A stretch of 64,000 nucleotides of DNA from contig CAWIIV010000017.1 of NCBI GenBank assembly GCA_963836205.1, forward strand, positions 96,001-160,000, in the 5' to 3' direction. The DNA is from an uncultured Acidimicrobiia bacterium. Its GTDB lineage: Bacteria > Actinomycetota > Acidimicrobiia > Acidimicrobiales > AC-14. How positions within the stretch are numbered: the stretch's first letter is position 1; every line of letters begins with the position of its first letter. Both the position numbers and the translations under genes were made by a program. Shown here in pieces: positions 1-10,195 of this stretch. The notes under the pieces were generated by a model. It searched no databases and had not been told where the DNA came from. It saw only the letters and a list, made by a program, of their open reading frames with translations.

Positions 1-1
1 C

Positions 2-730
2 TACGAGCAGCCGACCAACCTGTTCGTGGCCGGCTTCATCGGGTCCCCGGCCATGAACTTCCTGCGGGCGGAGGCGTCGGGCTCGCGGGTCAAGCTCCCC
101 ATGGTCGACGTCGACCTGCCCGCGGCCGGCGGGACCGGCGATCGGGCCGGGACCGGGGCCGGCGCCCGGACGGTGATCGCCGGCATCCGGCCCGAGAACT
201 TCGAGGACGCCGCCCTCGTGCCCGGCGACGACCTGGGCCACGGGGCCACGTTCACGGCCACCATCGAGGTGGTGGAGTGGATGGGGTCGGAGCTGTACGT
301 CTACTTCACCGTGGGCGGGGCGGCGGCGTCGGAGTTGGGTCGCCACGCCGACCTGTCGGCCGACGACGTCCGGTCGAGCGACGAGGGCACCCAGGTGGTG
401 GCCCGCCTGGAACGGGCCAGCCAGGCCCGGGCCGGTCAGGAGCTGGAGCTGTGGCTCGACGCCCGCGCACTCCACCTGTTCGACCCCGAGAGCGGCGAGC
501 GGCTCAGCGGTCCCCAGGAGGAGGCGACCCCTCCGCCGGCGCAGCGTCAGACCCAGACGCAGGGCCAGCCGCCGGAGGGCCCGGCACCGGCGGAGGCGGC
601 GGCGTCGGAAGCGACGGTGCCGTCGGAGCCGGAGGCGGATCGGACGGAGACGGTCGAGCGGCCGGTGGCTCCGGCGCAGGCGGCGACGGATCCGCCCCCT
701 TCCCGGCCCGCCGGCGCACCCACCGGTTGA
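2..730 (+). CDS. Sugar ABC transporter ATP-binding protein (MalK/MsiK type), C-terminal part; gene starts upstream of window
   Basis: Frame 2 reads YEQPTNLFVAGFIGSPAMN...GIRPE...VVEWMGSE...LHLFDPESG, the TOBE/OB region of MalK-family ATPases; Pro/Ala-rich tail. Confidence 0.9.
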   Translation, partial: YEQPTNLFVAGFIGSPAMNFLRAEASGSRVKLPMVDVDLPAAGGTGDRAGTGAGARTVIAGIRPENFEDAALVPGDDLGHGATFTATIEVVEWMGSELYVYFTVGGAAASELGRHADLSADDVRSSDEGTQVVARLERASQARAGQELELWLDARALHLFDPESGERLSGPQEEATPPPAQRQTQTQGQPPEGPAPAEAAASEATVPSEPEADRTETVERPVAPAQAATDPPPSRPAGAPTG

Positions 731-800
731 TCGTCCCGAACAGCCGGGAGATCGGGTCGGGGAAGATCCCCGGTTCGCCTTCGACGATGGAGTTCCGCAC

Positions 801-1655
801 TCACACCCTCCCCCGGAGGTGTTCGATCACCTCTGCGTCCCACGAGTGGGTCCGCAGCAGACGGTACCGGGCGTCGGCCAGGCGCAGGTAGACGTCGGTG
901 TCGGTCTCGCCCGGCCGGACCAGCCCGGCTTCCCGGAGGAGGACGACCGCCGGCTCGTACTCGTCCCGGAACCAGCACTGGCCTACGTCGGCCCGGGCGA
1001 CAGGGTCTCCGAGGGACTGCTGGAGCCTGAAGCCCCACGCCTCCACCCCCTCCGCCAGGCGGGCGTAGCTCTCGGGGCTGGCCACCTGGATGCGGGTTCG
1101 CTGCTCGGCGGACAGGGGCACCCGCTCCAGGAAGAAGCGCTCGTGGGTCTTGAGGGGCAGGTCGGTGACCCGCAGGTCGGTGGTGGCCCCCGCCTGGGTG
1201 AGGATCTCGGTGACATAGGCGTCGATCACCTCCAGCCCGGCCGCCTTGGCCACCGAGACCCGGTGGTGGCCGTCGCGGACGAAGTGGGCCTCCCCCACCC
1301 GGTAGGCGGAGATGGGCTCGAGCGGCTCGCCCCGGCGCATGGCCGCCGCCGAGCGCACCCAGCGCTCCCGGGACTTGGTCGACGTGGGGCGGAAGTCGCG
1401 GTCGAACTCGCCGTCGGTGCGGTCGACGGTGCCCACGATGGAGTCGAGGCGGACCGGCTGCAGCCCGAGGTCGCGCTCGCCGGTGCGGCCGAGGGCGGCG
1501 ACCACCTCGTCGAAGGGAAGGATGGCGTTGACGTCGGTGGGCTGGCGGCGGACCCATCGGGCCAGCCGGGCGAGCACCTCCCGCTGGCGGACCTGGTCGA
1601 AGTCGTCCTTGGCGTCGGCCTCGACGTTGCCGGTGCTGAGCCGCCTGCGGGGCAT
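801..1655 (-). CDS. ParB/sulfiredoxin-like domain protein
   Basis: LDSIVGTVDR..FDRDFRP and FVRDGHHRVSVA motifs; ATG at 1655 chosen over the longer ORF start. Confidence 0.8.
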   Translation of the reverse strand: MPRRRLSTGNVEADAKDDFDQVRQREVLARLARWVRRQPTDVNAILPFDEVVAALGRTGERDLGLQPVRLDSIVGTVDRTDGEFDRDFRPTSTKSRERWVRSAAAMRRGEPLEPISAYRVGEAHFVRDGHHRVSVAKAAGLEVIDAYVTEILTQAGATTDLRVTDLPLKTHERFFLERVPLSAEQRTRIQVASPESYARLAEGVEAWGFRLQQSLGDPVARADVGQCWFRDEYEPAVVLLREAGLVRPGETDTDVYLRLADARYRLLRTHSWDAEVIEHLRGRV

Positions 1656-1703
1656 CGCAGAGGGTTCTACCCCCCCGGCGCCGGGTCCAAGTAACGTTGC
1701 CGG

Positions 1704-2039
1704 ATGGAGGTCGCCCGCGCCGTCGGATTGTTCGGGCTGGCCGGCCTGGCCGAGATCGGCGGCGGCTGGCTGGTGTGGCGCTGGCTGCGCGACGGCGCCG
1801 GCTGGGCCGTGGGCATGATCGGAGCCCTCGTCCTGGTGGCCTACGGGGTGATCCCCACCCTCCAACGGGATGACTCCCTCGGCTGGGTCTACGCCGCCTA
1901 CGGAGGGGTCTTCGTGGTGATCGCGCTGCTGTGGGGCTGGTGGCTCGACGGCGACCGCCCCGACCGCTGGGACATCGTCGGCGCCCTGGCCGTGTCCGTC
2001 GGCGTCGGCCTGCTCTTCTTCGGCCCCCGCCCCCTCTGA
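1704..2039 (+). CDS. YnfA/UPF0060 family small membrane protein
   Basis: AGLAEIGGGWLVW, YAAYGGVFV and DGDRPDRWD motifs; four TM segments. Confidence 0.92.
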   Translation: MEVARAVGLFGLAGLAEIGGGWLVWRWLRDGAGWAVGMIGALVLVAYGVIPTLQRDDSLGWVYAAYGGVFVVIALLWGWWLDGDRPDRWDIVGALAVSVGVGLLFFGPRPL

Positions 2040-2078
2040 GGGTCAAGTCTTCGGCCCGACGCGCCGAAGGCAACAGAG

Positions 2079-3404
2079 GTGAAGGCGACTCCGGCGGGCG
2101 GCGACGATGACCCGCGCTACCTGATTCCGCCCCTGGCCCCGCCAGGTCGGCGGGTTCCGGCGGTGACGTGGTTCCGCGCCGCGGCGTTGGCAGTGGTCGT
2201 GGCCCTGGTCGCCGTCGTGGTGACATTCGACTCCCCCCCGGCCGCCGACCACGTGGCGGCAAGCGAGAGCGCCCGCCAACCCCGCGCCTCCGGCTCCCCC
2301 CTCGTTCCCCCGTCGCCGACGGCAGCCTCGAGCATCACGACCCCGACCACCCTCGGGGAACCCCCGACGACCCTGGCCGGGACGGAAGCGGCACCCCTGT
2401 CGACCTCGCCCGTCGTCTCGACGGTTGCGGGGACGGCTCCCGCCGGGCAGCCGTCGTTCCCGCCGCCGCCGTTCCCCTTCCCGTCGACGACGATCCTGAC
2501 GCCGACCGATCCCCGGATGAGCCTGTTCCCGGTCCCGACCGCGGGCGGCCACCCCTACGGGTTGGTGCTCGGGCCCGACGACAACATGTGGTTCACCGAG
2601 AGCAATCGGGACGTGGTCGCCCGTATCACGCGGGACGGGGTAGTTACCGAGTTCCACACGCCTACCCCCCACAGCCAGCCCACCTCCATCGTCGCCGGGC
2701 CCGACGGCAACCTCTGGTTCGTCGAGAAGTCGGGCAACAACGTCGGGCGAATCACCACCGCCGGCGTCATCACCGAGTTCCCGATCCCCACGCCCTACAG
2801 CAACCCCGAAACGGGGATGGTGGTCGGTCCCGACGGTGCGATCTGGTTCGCCGAGACCGGTGCCGGCCGGCTCGGGCGGGTCACGATGGCAGGCGAGGTC
2901 ACCGAGTTCTCCGCGGGCGACGATTCGACCCCGATGCAACTGGTGGTCGGAGCCGACGGAAATCTGTGGTTCCTGATGCAGAACCGGTTCAAGTTGGCCC
3001 GAATGACGACGGCCGGCGTGGTCACCGAGTTCGCCCTGGGGGCGGTGGGGTACTCCGCCAGCGCCCTCGCTGTCGACTCCGATGGCAACCTCTGGTACCA
3101 GGAGCTGAAGCGGGAGGACGTACCCGGCCCCCGGAGCCGGCTCGTACGCCGGAACCCGGCCGGCCACGTCACCCCCTTCGCCCTCCCCAACGACGCCACC
3201 ACCATCCTCGGCATCGTCGAGGGCCCCGACGGAACGATCTGGCTGGGCCAGACCACATCCGACCGGATCGGACGCCTCGGTGTCGACGGCACGATCACCG
3301 AGATCGAGGCGCCCACACCTGAGATCCTGGCCTTCGGCGCGGGAGGCGACCTCTGGTTCACGACCGGGCCGGCCAACGTCGTCGGCCGGCTCCGATTCGC
3401 CTGA
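2079..3404 (+). CDS. Membrane-anchored virginiamycin B lyase (Vgb)-like beta-propeller protein
   Basis: N-terminal TM, Pro/Thr linker, repeated GPDGNLWF.E...IGRIT..G.ITEF units. Confidence 0.85.
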   Translation: MKATPAGGDDDPRYLIPPLAPPGRRVPAVTWFRAAALAVVVALVAVVVTFDSPPAADHVAASESARQPRASGSPLVPPSPTAASSITTPTTLGEPPTTLAGTEAAPLSTSPVVSTVAGTAPAGQPSFPPPPFPFPSTTILTPTDPRMSLFPVPTAGGHPYGLVLGPDDNMWFTESNRDVVARITRDGVVTEFHTPTPHSQPTSIVAGPDGNLWFVEKSGNNVGRITTAGVITEFPIPTPYSNPETGMVVGPDGAIWFAETGAGRLGRVTMAGEVTEFSAGDDSTPMQLVVGADGNLWFLMQNRFKLARMTTAGVVTEFALGAVGYSASALAVDSDGNLWYQELKREDVPGPRSRLVRRNPAGHVTPFALPNDATTILGIVEGPDGTIWLGQTTSDRIGRLGVDGTITEIEAPTPEILAFGAGGDLWFTTGPANVVGRLRFA

Positions 3405-3553
3405 CTTCCCGCCCCCGCGCGGGTCCGGGCGCCGGGGGGATGTGTGAAGAACTGATTTCGGGCTACCTCCCCGGCGGCTGCCTTCGGTACCATCCCGGTG
3501 GGGCAACAAGGGGTTTGAAGCAAACAACGCTTCGAATTGGGGGTTTTCGACCG

Positions 3554-3958
3554 GTGGCTACGTTCATCGACCAGGTTCGCTGTGGAGAGTGTGAGGCGGG
3601 GCTCACGCTGGAGGCGCGCAGCGTCGTGCTCCAGCGGTACCGGCGCCAGCCGTGGCTGCGGCATTTCTGGGTGCACTGCGACGTCTGCGCCGCGCACAAG
3701 CTGTACTGGCCCACGCTCCGCCAGATGCGGCTGGCCGAGCGGCTCCGGTGCCGGACGGTCACCAACGAGTCGGCGCCCACCGATGTGAGCTCGTCGTACG
3801 CCAAGTCGAAGGGCATCCCCGCCTCGGGGTCGGGGGCTCCGCTCGTCATCCCCAACCGGGAGCTGGGCTTCCTCCTGCAGATGCTGGCCGCGACCAGCGG
3901 GCCGGCGCCCGGCAAGGCGCCGACCCACTCGTACCTCCCCGCCAGCTGGTCGAACTAG
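3554..3958 (+). CDS. Hypothetical protein with two CxxC pairs (zinc-ribbon-like)
   Basis: GTG start; CGEC and HCDVC; GC3-rich codons from 3554 onward. Confidence 0.6.
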   Translation: MATFIDQVRCGECEAGLTLEARSVVLQRYRRQPWLRHFWVHCDVCAAHKLYWPTLRQMRLAERLRCRTVTNESAPTDVSSSYAKSKGIPASGSGAPLVIPNRELGFLLQMLAATSGPAPGKAPTHSYLPASWSN

Positions 3959-3979
3959 CGGAGCTCGCCCGCCACCGCC

Positions 3980-4237
3980 CTAATGGCTGGCGATGGCGGC
4001 CAGGATGTCGAGCTTGGCCGCCCGGCGGGCGGGACCGACGGCGGCCAGCACCCCGGCCACCGACGCCAGGACCACGATCACCGTCAGCTGTCCCGGAGGC
4101 ACCACCAGGGGGATGGGCCGGTCGCCCTCGATAGCGGAGATGATCCCCCACGAGCCGGCGACGGCCAGGATGAAGCCGAGGAACGTCCCCATGAGGGCGA
4201 TCATCACCGACTCCCAGCGGATGGCGCTGCGCACCTG
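3980..4237 (-). pseudogene. C-terminal remnant of FtsX-type ABC permease
   Basis: QVRSAIRWESVMIALMG...PARRAAKLDILAAI, only the last ~85 aa. Confidence 0.8.
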
Positions 4238-4486
4238 GGGCCCCGACGTAGGCGATGGTGGCCACGGTGACCACCACCAGCACCGCGATCGGGAAACGCC
4301 GGCGAAGGGCGAGGGCGCCGAAGCCGGTGACCACCAGGACCACCGCCAGGGCGTCGGTGGGGGTGGGATTGGCGGGTGTGGGCTCGGCGGTGAGGCTGAT
4401 CAGGCCCGGCACCAGCACCAGGGCGGCGAGGATCGAGTCCACCACCAGGGGAGTGGCCCCCGGAGCCGGGCCCACAGTCGTCGCAC
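4238..4486 (-). pseudogene. N-terminal membrane remnant of a sensor histidine kinase
   Basis: VRRLWARL / PLVVDSILAALV...LALRRRFPIAVLVVV, typical actinobacterial kinase N-terminus; ends abruptly at the permease remnant. Confidence 0.6.
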
Positions 4487-4592
4487 ACCCTGACCCTACG
4501 GCGGCCCGCGCGTCACCGGCGTCGGCCCCCGGGGCTGAACGACCCGTACTCCGCGGGGACGAGGCGGGAGCACACGGTCCCGCCGGGAAGGA

Positions 4593-4608
4593 AGTTGAAC
4601 GTTCAACT
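4593..4608. promoter_or_regulatory. Perfect 16-bp palindromic operator upstream of pirin
   Basis: AGTTGAACGTTCAACT in an AT-rich patch 56 bp before the pirin ATG. Confidence 0.7.
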
Positions 4609-4664
4609 GTTAACTCCGGACGTAGTGTTCCTTGCAGACGGAACGCTTTCCAAGGAGGCCAGCC

Positions 4665-5630
4665 ATGCCTGCTGTCACCGTCGACAACGTCCTCACCCTG
4701 CCCCGGATCGACCGTCCCGTTGCGCAGGCAGCCACCGAGCGCCCGGTGGTTTCCGTCACCAGCGCCCCCAGCGGGTTCGAGGGCGAGGGGTTCCCGGTGC
4801 GCCGGGCCTTCGCCGGGGTCGACCTGGCCCTCCTCGACCCCTTCATCCATATGGACCAGATGGGCGAGGTCGAGTACGGCCCGGGCGAGGCCAAGGGCAC
4901 GTCGTGGCATCCCCACCGTGGCTTCGAGACCGCGACCTACATCATCGACGGCACCTTCGAGCACCAGGACAACGCCGGTGGTGGCGGGGTGATCACCAAC
5001 GGCGACACCCAGTGGATGACGGCCGGCGCCGGCATCCAGCACATCGAGCGCCCGCCGGACGCCCTGGTCCAGAGCGGGGGGACCTTCCACGGCCTCCAGC
5101 TGTGGGTCAACCTGCCCAAGGCCCAGAAGTGGGAGGCGCCCCGCTACCAGGACATCGGCGCCGGCCGGGCCACCCTGCTCACCACCCCCGACGGCGGCGC
5201 ATTGGTACGGGTGATCGCGGGCGACATCGCCGGCCACCTCGGGCCGGGGGTCACCCACACGCCGATGGCGTTCGTCCACGCCACCCTCAGCCCGGGCGCC
5301 GAGCTGGTCCTCCCGTGGGATCAAGACTTCAACGCCCTCGTCTACGCCCTCAACGGCGAGGGAACTGTTGGTTCCGGCCGGCGCCCGTTCCGGATGGGAC
5401 AGCTGGCCGTGTTCGGCAGGGGCGACTTCGTCACCGTCGCCGCCTCCGAGCGCCAGGAGAGCCGCAGCCCCAACCTCGACGTGATCGTCCTCGGCGGACG
5501 GCCGATCCGCGAGCCGATCGCCTGGTACGGGCCGTTCGTGATGAACACCCGGGAGGAAGTCATCCAGGCCATGGACGACTTCCACGCCGGCCGTCTGGGC
5601 ACCGTCCCCGCCTCCAGCCTCAAGGCGTAG
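4665..5630 (+). CDS. Pirin family protein
   Basis: DPFIHMDQMG, WHPHRGFET, QWMTAGAGIQHIE, YGPFVMNT; RBS AGGAGG. Confidence 0.96.
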   Translation: MPAVTVDNVLTLPRIDRPVAQAATERPVVSVTSAPSGFEGEGFPVRRAFAGVDLALLDPFIHMDQMGEVEYGPGEAKGTSWHPHRGFETATYIIDGTFEHQDNAGGGGVITNGDTQWMTAGAGIQHIERPPDALVQSGGTFHGLQLWVNLPKAQKWEAPRYQDIGAGRATLLTTPDGGALVRVIAGDIAGHLGPGVTHTPMAFVHATLSPGAELVLPWDQDFNALVYALNGEGTVGSGRRPFRMGQLAVFGRGDFVTVAASERQESRSPNLDVIVLGGRPIREPIAWYGPFVMNTREEVIQAMDDFHAGRLGTVPASSLKA

Positions 5631-5643
5631 TGGCGCCGGCAGC

Positions 5644-6117
5644 GTGAACACCGTCGACGACCTGGCCCCGTTCGTGGGGACGTGGCGGGGCCGGGGCGAA
5701 GGCGAGTACCCCACCATCGAGCCGTTCGGCTACTCCGAGGAGCTGGTGGTGGCGCCGGTGCCGGGACGACCGCTCCTCACGTGGACGTGCCGCACCCGAG
5801 ACGTCGAGGGCAACGCCCGCCACGCCGAGTCCGGCTTCGTACGGGCGGTCGCCGAGGGGGTGGAGCTGGTTCTGGCCCACAATTTCGGCCTGGTGGAGGT
5901 GGCGGTGGGTTCGGTCGGCGACGGCCGGCTCGAGGTGGACAGCCTCTCGACGACCGGCACCCCGACAGCCAAGGACGTGGCCGCCATTCGCCGCCGGTAC
6001 GTGGTCGACGGCGACGAGCTCCGCTACCAGATCGCCATGGCCGCGGTGGGGGTCCCCCTCACCCACCACCTGCGGGCGACGCTCACCCGGGTCGCCCCGA
6101 CCCCGACTGGCCGGTAG
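5644..6117 (+). CDS. Nitrobindin/FABP-like (THAP4-like) heme-binding protein
   Basis: [34 protein letters not shown]. Confidence 0.9.
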   Translation: MNTVDDLAPFVGTWRGRGEGEYPTIEPFGYSEELVVAPVPGRPLLTWTCRTRDVEGNARHAESGFVRAVAEGVELVLAHNFGLVEVAVGSVGDGRLEVDSLSTTGTPTAKDVAAIRRRYVVDGDELRYQIAMAAVGVPLTHHLRATLTRVAPTPTGR

Positions 6118-6149
6118 TCCCGCGCACTCCCGCCGGGTACGGTGACAGC

Positions 6150-7397
6150 GTGGCTGAGCCCAGGGTGCTGGCGATGGTGCTGGCCGGCGGCGAAGGCAAG
6201 CGCCTCTTCCCGCTCACGGCCGACCGGGCCAAGCCTGCGGTCCCCTTCGGCGGGCACTACCGGCTGATCGACTTCGCCCTGTCCAACCTGGCCAACGGCG
6301 GGTACCTGCGCATCGTCGTGCTCACCCAGTACAAGTCCCACAGCCTCGACCTCCACATCAGCCGCACGTGGCGCCTGTCGACGCTGCTCGACACCTACGT
6401 CACCCCGGTGCCGGCCCAGATGCGCCGTGGGCCGCGGTGGTTCGCAGGGTCGGCCGACGCCATCTTCCAGAACCTCAACCTCATCGGCGACGACCGCCCC
6501 GACTACATCTGCGTCTTCGGGGCCGACCACATCTACCGCATGGACCCCCGCCAGATGGTCGAGCAGCACGTGGCCACCGGGGCGGGCGTCACCGTGGCGG
6601 CTATCCGGGTGCCGAAGGACGAGTCCACCAGCTTCGGGGTCCTCGAGGCCGGGCCGGGCACGACCATCGCCGCCTTCAAGGAGAAGCCCCACGAGGTCGA
6701 GGGCCTGCCCGACGCCCCCGACCAGATCTTCGCGTCCATGGGCAACTACGTCTTCACCACCTCGACCCTCGTCGACGCCGTCACCCAGGACTCCGACGAC
6801 GAGGAGTCGCTCCACGACCTCGGGGGCGACATCATCCCCATGCTGGTCAAGGCGGGCCAGGCCCACTTCTACGACTTCACCAACAACGACGTGCCCGGCG
6901 TCACCGAGCGGGAACGGGGCTACTGGCGCGACGTGGGCACGCTCGACGCCTACTACGACGCCCACATGGACCTGGTGTCGGTCCACCCCGTGTTCAACCT
7001 CTACAACCGGTGGTGGCCGATCCACACGTCGGTGCGCCAGCTGCCGCCGGCCAAGTTCGTGCACGAGGCCGGCGAACGCACCGGGCGGGCGGTGAACTCG
7101 CTCGTCTGCGCCGGCGCCATCGTCTCCGGGGGCCTGGTGCGGGGCTCGGTGCTGTCGCCCGGCGTCATGTGCGACGACCACTCCCTGGTGGAGGACTCGG
7201 TGCTGCTCGACGACGTGGTGGTGGGGGCGGGCGCCATCGTCCGCCGGGCCATCATCGACAAGAACGTGATCATCCCCGCCGGGGCCCGCGTCGGCGTCGA
7301 CCACGAGGACGACGCCGACCAGTACAACATCTCGCAGCACGGGGTGGTGGTCGTCGGCAAGGGACGGAAGGTGGCGGGCCCCCTCCCCCGCCGGTGA
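6150..7397 (+). CDS. glgC: Glucose-1-phosphate adenylyltransferase
   Basis: [41 protein letters not shown]. Confidence 0.97.
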   Translation: MAEPRVLAMVLAGGEGKRLFPLTADRAKPAVPFGGHYRLIDFALSNLANGGYLRIVVLTQYKSHSLDLHISRTWRLSTLLDTYVTPVPAQMRRGPRWFAGSADAIFQNLNLIGDDRPDYICVFGADHIYRMDPRQMVEQHVATGAGVTVAAIRVPKDESTSFGVLEAGPGTTIAAFKEKPHEVEGLPDAPDQIFASMGNYVFTTSTLVDAVTQDSDDEESLHDLGGDIIPMLVKAGQAHFYDFTNNDVPGVTERERGYWRDVGTLDAYYDAHMDLVSVHPVFNLYNRWWPIHTSVRQLPPAKFVHEAGERTGRAVNSLVCAGAIVSGGLVRGSVLSPGVMCDDHSLVEDSVLLDDVVVGAGAIVRRAIIDKNVIIPAGARVGVDHEDDADQYNISQHGVVVVGKGRKVAGPLPRR

Positions 7398-8587
7398 GGG
7401 TCGCCCTCCTGACCCGGGAGTACCCGCCCGAGGTCTACGGCGGGGCCGGGGTCCACGCCGCCTACCTCAGCCGCGAGCTGGCCCGCGTGGTCGACCTCGA
7501 CGTCCACTGCTTCGGGGCGCCCCGGGACGCGGCCAACGTCACCGCCTACGAGGCGTGGCCCGAGGTCGCCGCCGGCCCCAACGGCGACGTGCTCGGCGTG
7601 TTGTCGGTCGACCTGGCCATGGCCGCCGCCACCGCCGGCGCCGACCTCGTCCACACCCACACCTGGTACGCCAACCTGGGCGGGCACCTGGCCAAGGTTC
7701 TCCACGGCATCCCCCACGTGCTGACCACCCACAGCCTGGAGCCGCGCCGGCCGTGGAAGGCAGAGCAGCTGGGCGCGGGCTACGCCCTGTCGTCGTGGTG
7801 CGAGCGCACCGCCATCGAGGCGGCCGACGCCGTCGTCGCCGTGTCCGCCGGCATGCGGGCCGACATCCTCGAGACCTACCCCGCGGTCGACCCGGCGCGG
7901 GTGGTCGTCATCCCCAACGGGATCGACCCCGACGAGTACCAGCCCGACCCCGGCACCGACCTGCTCGTCCGCCTGGGCATCGACCCCGACCGGCCCTCGG
8001 TGGTCTTCGTCGGCCGCATGACCCGGCAGAAGGGCATCGACCACGCCTTGGAGGCGTCCGTCCACATCGACCCCTCGGCCCAGGTGGTGTTGTGCGCGGG
8101 GGCGCCCGACACGCCCGAGATCGGCGCCGAGCTCCGGCGGCGTGCCCTCGAGCGGCCGAACGTCGTGTGGGTGGAGGAGATGGTCCCCCGCACGACCCTC
8201 GTCCAGATCCTCAGCCACGCCTCGGTGTTCCTGTGCCCGTCGGTCTACGAGCCGTTCGGGATCACCAACCTGGAGGCCATGGCCTGCGAGGTGCCGGTGG
8301 TGGCCAGCGCGGTGGGCGGCATCCCCGAGGTGGTGGTCGACGGGGAGACGGGCTTCCTCGTGCCGATCGAGGTCGACGAGGACGGGTTGCCGGTCGATCC
8401 CGCCCGCTTCGCCCGCCGGCTGGCGGCCCGGGTGAACCAGCTGCTGGCCGACCCGGCCGCCGCCGGGGCCATGGGCCGGGCCGGCCGCCGCCGGGTGCTC
8501 GAGCACTTCAGCTGGCCCAGCATCGCCGCTCGCACGGTGGAGCTGTACGAGCGGGTGTTGGGCGTCGGCGTCACACCGGCGGGCTGA
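7394..8587 (+). CDS. glgA: Actinobacterial glycogen synthase / GlgM-type GT4 glucosyltransferase
   Basis: [46 protein letters not shown]; GTGA overlap with glgC. Confidence 0.95.
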   Translation: MRVALLTREYPPEVYGGAGVHAAYLSRELARVVDLDVHCFGAPRDAANVTAYEAWPEVAAGPNGDVLGVLSVDLAMAAATAGADLVHTHTWYANLGGHLAKVLHGIPHVLTTHSLEPRRPWKAEQLGAGYALSSWCERTAIEAADAVVAVSAGMRADILETYPAVDPARVVVIPNGIDPDEYQPDPGTDLLVRLGIDPDRPSVVFVGRMTRQKGIDHALEASVHIDPSAQVVLCAGAPDTPEIGAELRRRALERPNVVWVEEMVPRTTLVQILSHASVFLCPSVYEPFGITNLEAMACEVPVVASAVGGIPEVVVDGETGFLVPIEVDEDGLPVDPARFARRLAARVNQLLADPAAAGAMGRAGRRRVLEHFSWPSIAARTVELYERVLGVGVTPAG

Positions 8588-9560
8588 CCTCCCGCTTCTC
8601 GGCCCGCAGTGAGGCGAGGACCGCCACCGTGAGGGACAGGGTGATGACGATCAGGCTGAGCCACGTCGGGAAGTGGTACAGCTCGGTGATCAGCATCTTG
8701 ATCCCCACGAAGCCGAGGACCACGCCCAGCCCGATGTTGAGGTAGCGGAACCGCCCGGCCATCCCGGCCAGGCAGAAGTACAAGGCCCGCAGGCCCAGGA
8801 TGGCGAAGGCGTTGGAGGCGAAGACGATGAACTCCTCCCGGCTCACGGCCAGGATGGCGGGGATCGAGTCGACCGCGAACACCACGTCGGTCGTCTCGAT
8901 CAGGATCAGGACGGCGAACAGCGGCGTGGCCAGGCGCACCCCGGTGCGGCGGGTGAACATCTTCTGCCCGTCGTACTCGCTGGTGGACGGGACCAGCTTC
9001 CGCACGATCTTGAGCGCGGGGTTCTTGTCGGGATGGACCTCGGCGTCGCCGTGGCGGGCGATCTTGACCGCGGTGTACAGGAGGAAGGCCCCGAAGATGT
9101 AGAGGATCCATTCGAAGGACTCGATCAGGGCCACGCCGGCGAAGATGAAGACGGCCCGCAGGACGAGGGCGCCGAAGATGCCCCAGAACAGGACTCGGAA
9201 CTGGTACTCCCGGGGCACCCCGAAGTAGCTGAAGATCACCGCCCAGACGAAGACGTTGTCGACCGAGAGGCTCTTCTCGATGAGGTAGCCGCTCAGGTAC
9301 TCGCCGGCGGCCGTGCCTCCCTGCCACCAGAGCATGACGAACGTGAACGACAGACCGATGGCGATCCAGACGGCCGACTCGATGGCCGCCTCCCGGAAGG
9401 TGATGACGTGAGCCGTGCGGTGGACGAGGAGGAGGTCGGCCACCAACATCGTGACCAACACCGCCAACAGCGCGCCCCACACCCAGAGGGGAACGTCGAA
9501 GGAGGCGAAGGTGGCGGCGTCGGCACCGTCGGCAGCGGCGGCCAACAGGGGGGTGAGCAA
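8571..9560 (-). CDS. TerC/Alx family metal homeostasis membrane protein
   Basis: GYLIEKSLSVDNVFV, DVVFAVDSIPAI, SNAFAILGLRALYF. Confidence 0.95.
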   Translation of the reverse strand: MLTPLLAAAADGADAATFASFDVPLWVWGALLAVLVTMLVADLLLVHRTAHVITFREAAIESAVWIAIGLSFTFVMLWWQGGTAAGEYLSGYLIEKSLSVDNVFVWAVIFSYFGVPREYQFRVLFWGIFGALVLRAVFIFAGVALIESFEWILYIFGAFLLYTAVKIARHGDAEVHPDKNPALKIVRKLVPSTSEYDGQKMFTRRTGVRLATPLFAVLILIETTDVVFAVDSIPAILAVSREEFIVFASNAFAILGLRALYFCLAGMAGRFRYLNIGLGVVLGFVGIKMLITELYHFPTWLSLIVITLSLTVAVLASLRAEKREVSPPV

Positions 9561-9656
9561 GGAATTCCCTTTCGGAGGTGGAGGGCCACGAGTGCTCGTG
9601 GGGAGGCCGGTCGGGCGGTGCGGTCGCCGGCAGCGGGGCGGCAGCCGGGCAGGGGT

Positions 9657-10043
9657 TCAGACCGCCGGCAGCGGCGGCCCCCGGTCGCCACCCGCCCGGC
9701 GGCCCGTCGACGAGCGGACCACCGGCCCGGGAGGGGGGACGAAGCGGCCGGCAAGCGCGAGCCCGGTGACGATGACGGCAGCCGCCAACACCGCCGCCGG
9801 AACCGTCGGAGACCGGCGGGCGGCGTCGACCGGACGGTACGCGTCGGCCAGCGCCAACCCGGGGTTTGGCCCGATTCTGACGAGCCCCTCGACCGTTGTC
9901 GCACCGACGGACCGGGCCGGCTGTCCGGCCGTCCGCCCTGCCGCGAGGACGACCGCGACCAGGGCGACCAGGGCGAAGGCGGCGATGCCGGCAGCGGTCG
10001 CCGGTCGCCGGTGGGGATGCGGGAGACGGGTGGGAGGTCGCAT
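9657..10043 (-). CDS. Membrane-associated upstream ORF ending in RGPP; putative ribosome-arrest leader of terC
   Basis: Two hydrophobic segments, C-terminal DRGPPLPAV, stop 96 bp before the terC start; second copy at 11090-11478. Confidence 0.65.
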   Translation of the reverse strand: MRPPTRLPHPHRRPATAAGIAAFALVALVAVVLAAGRTAGQPARSVGATTVEGLVRIGPNPGLALADAYRPVDAARRSPTVPAAVLAAAVIVTGLALAGRFVPPPGPVVRSSTGRRAGGDRGPPLPAV

Positions 10044-10195
10044 CAGGGTGGTGGCGCCCCGAAGGGGGACAGCCGGCTCAGGTTACCAACGCCCGGCTCC
10101 ACTCGGCGGTGCAGGGAGGGCCGCCTCCAACGAAGCGAAGGCGACAAGCTCAGCCCGTCGGCGAGCCGGCCAACCGCGACGGGCGACAAACAACG

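Noticed and set aside
801-1655. Plasmid or chromosome partition locus
   Set aside because: No parA or parS-like repeats; only the ParB/Srx-like domain
9561-9656. yybP-ykoY manganese riboswitch before terC
   Set aside because: I could not find its conserved elements by eye; an Infernal scan is needed to exclude it firmly
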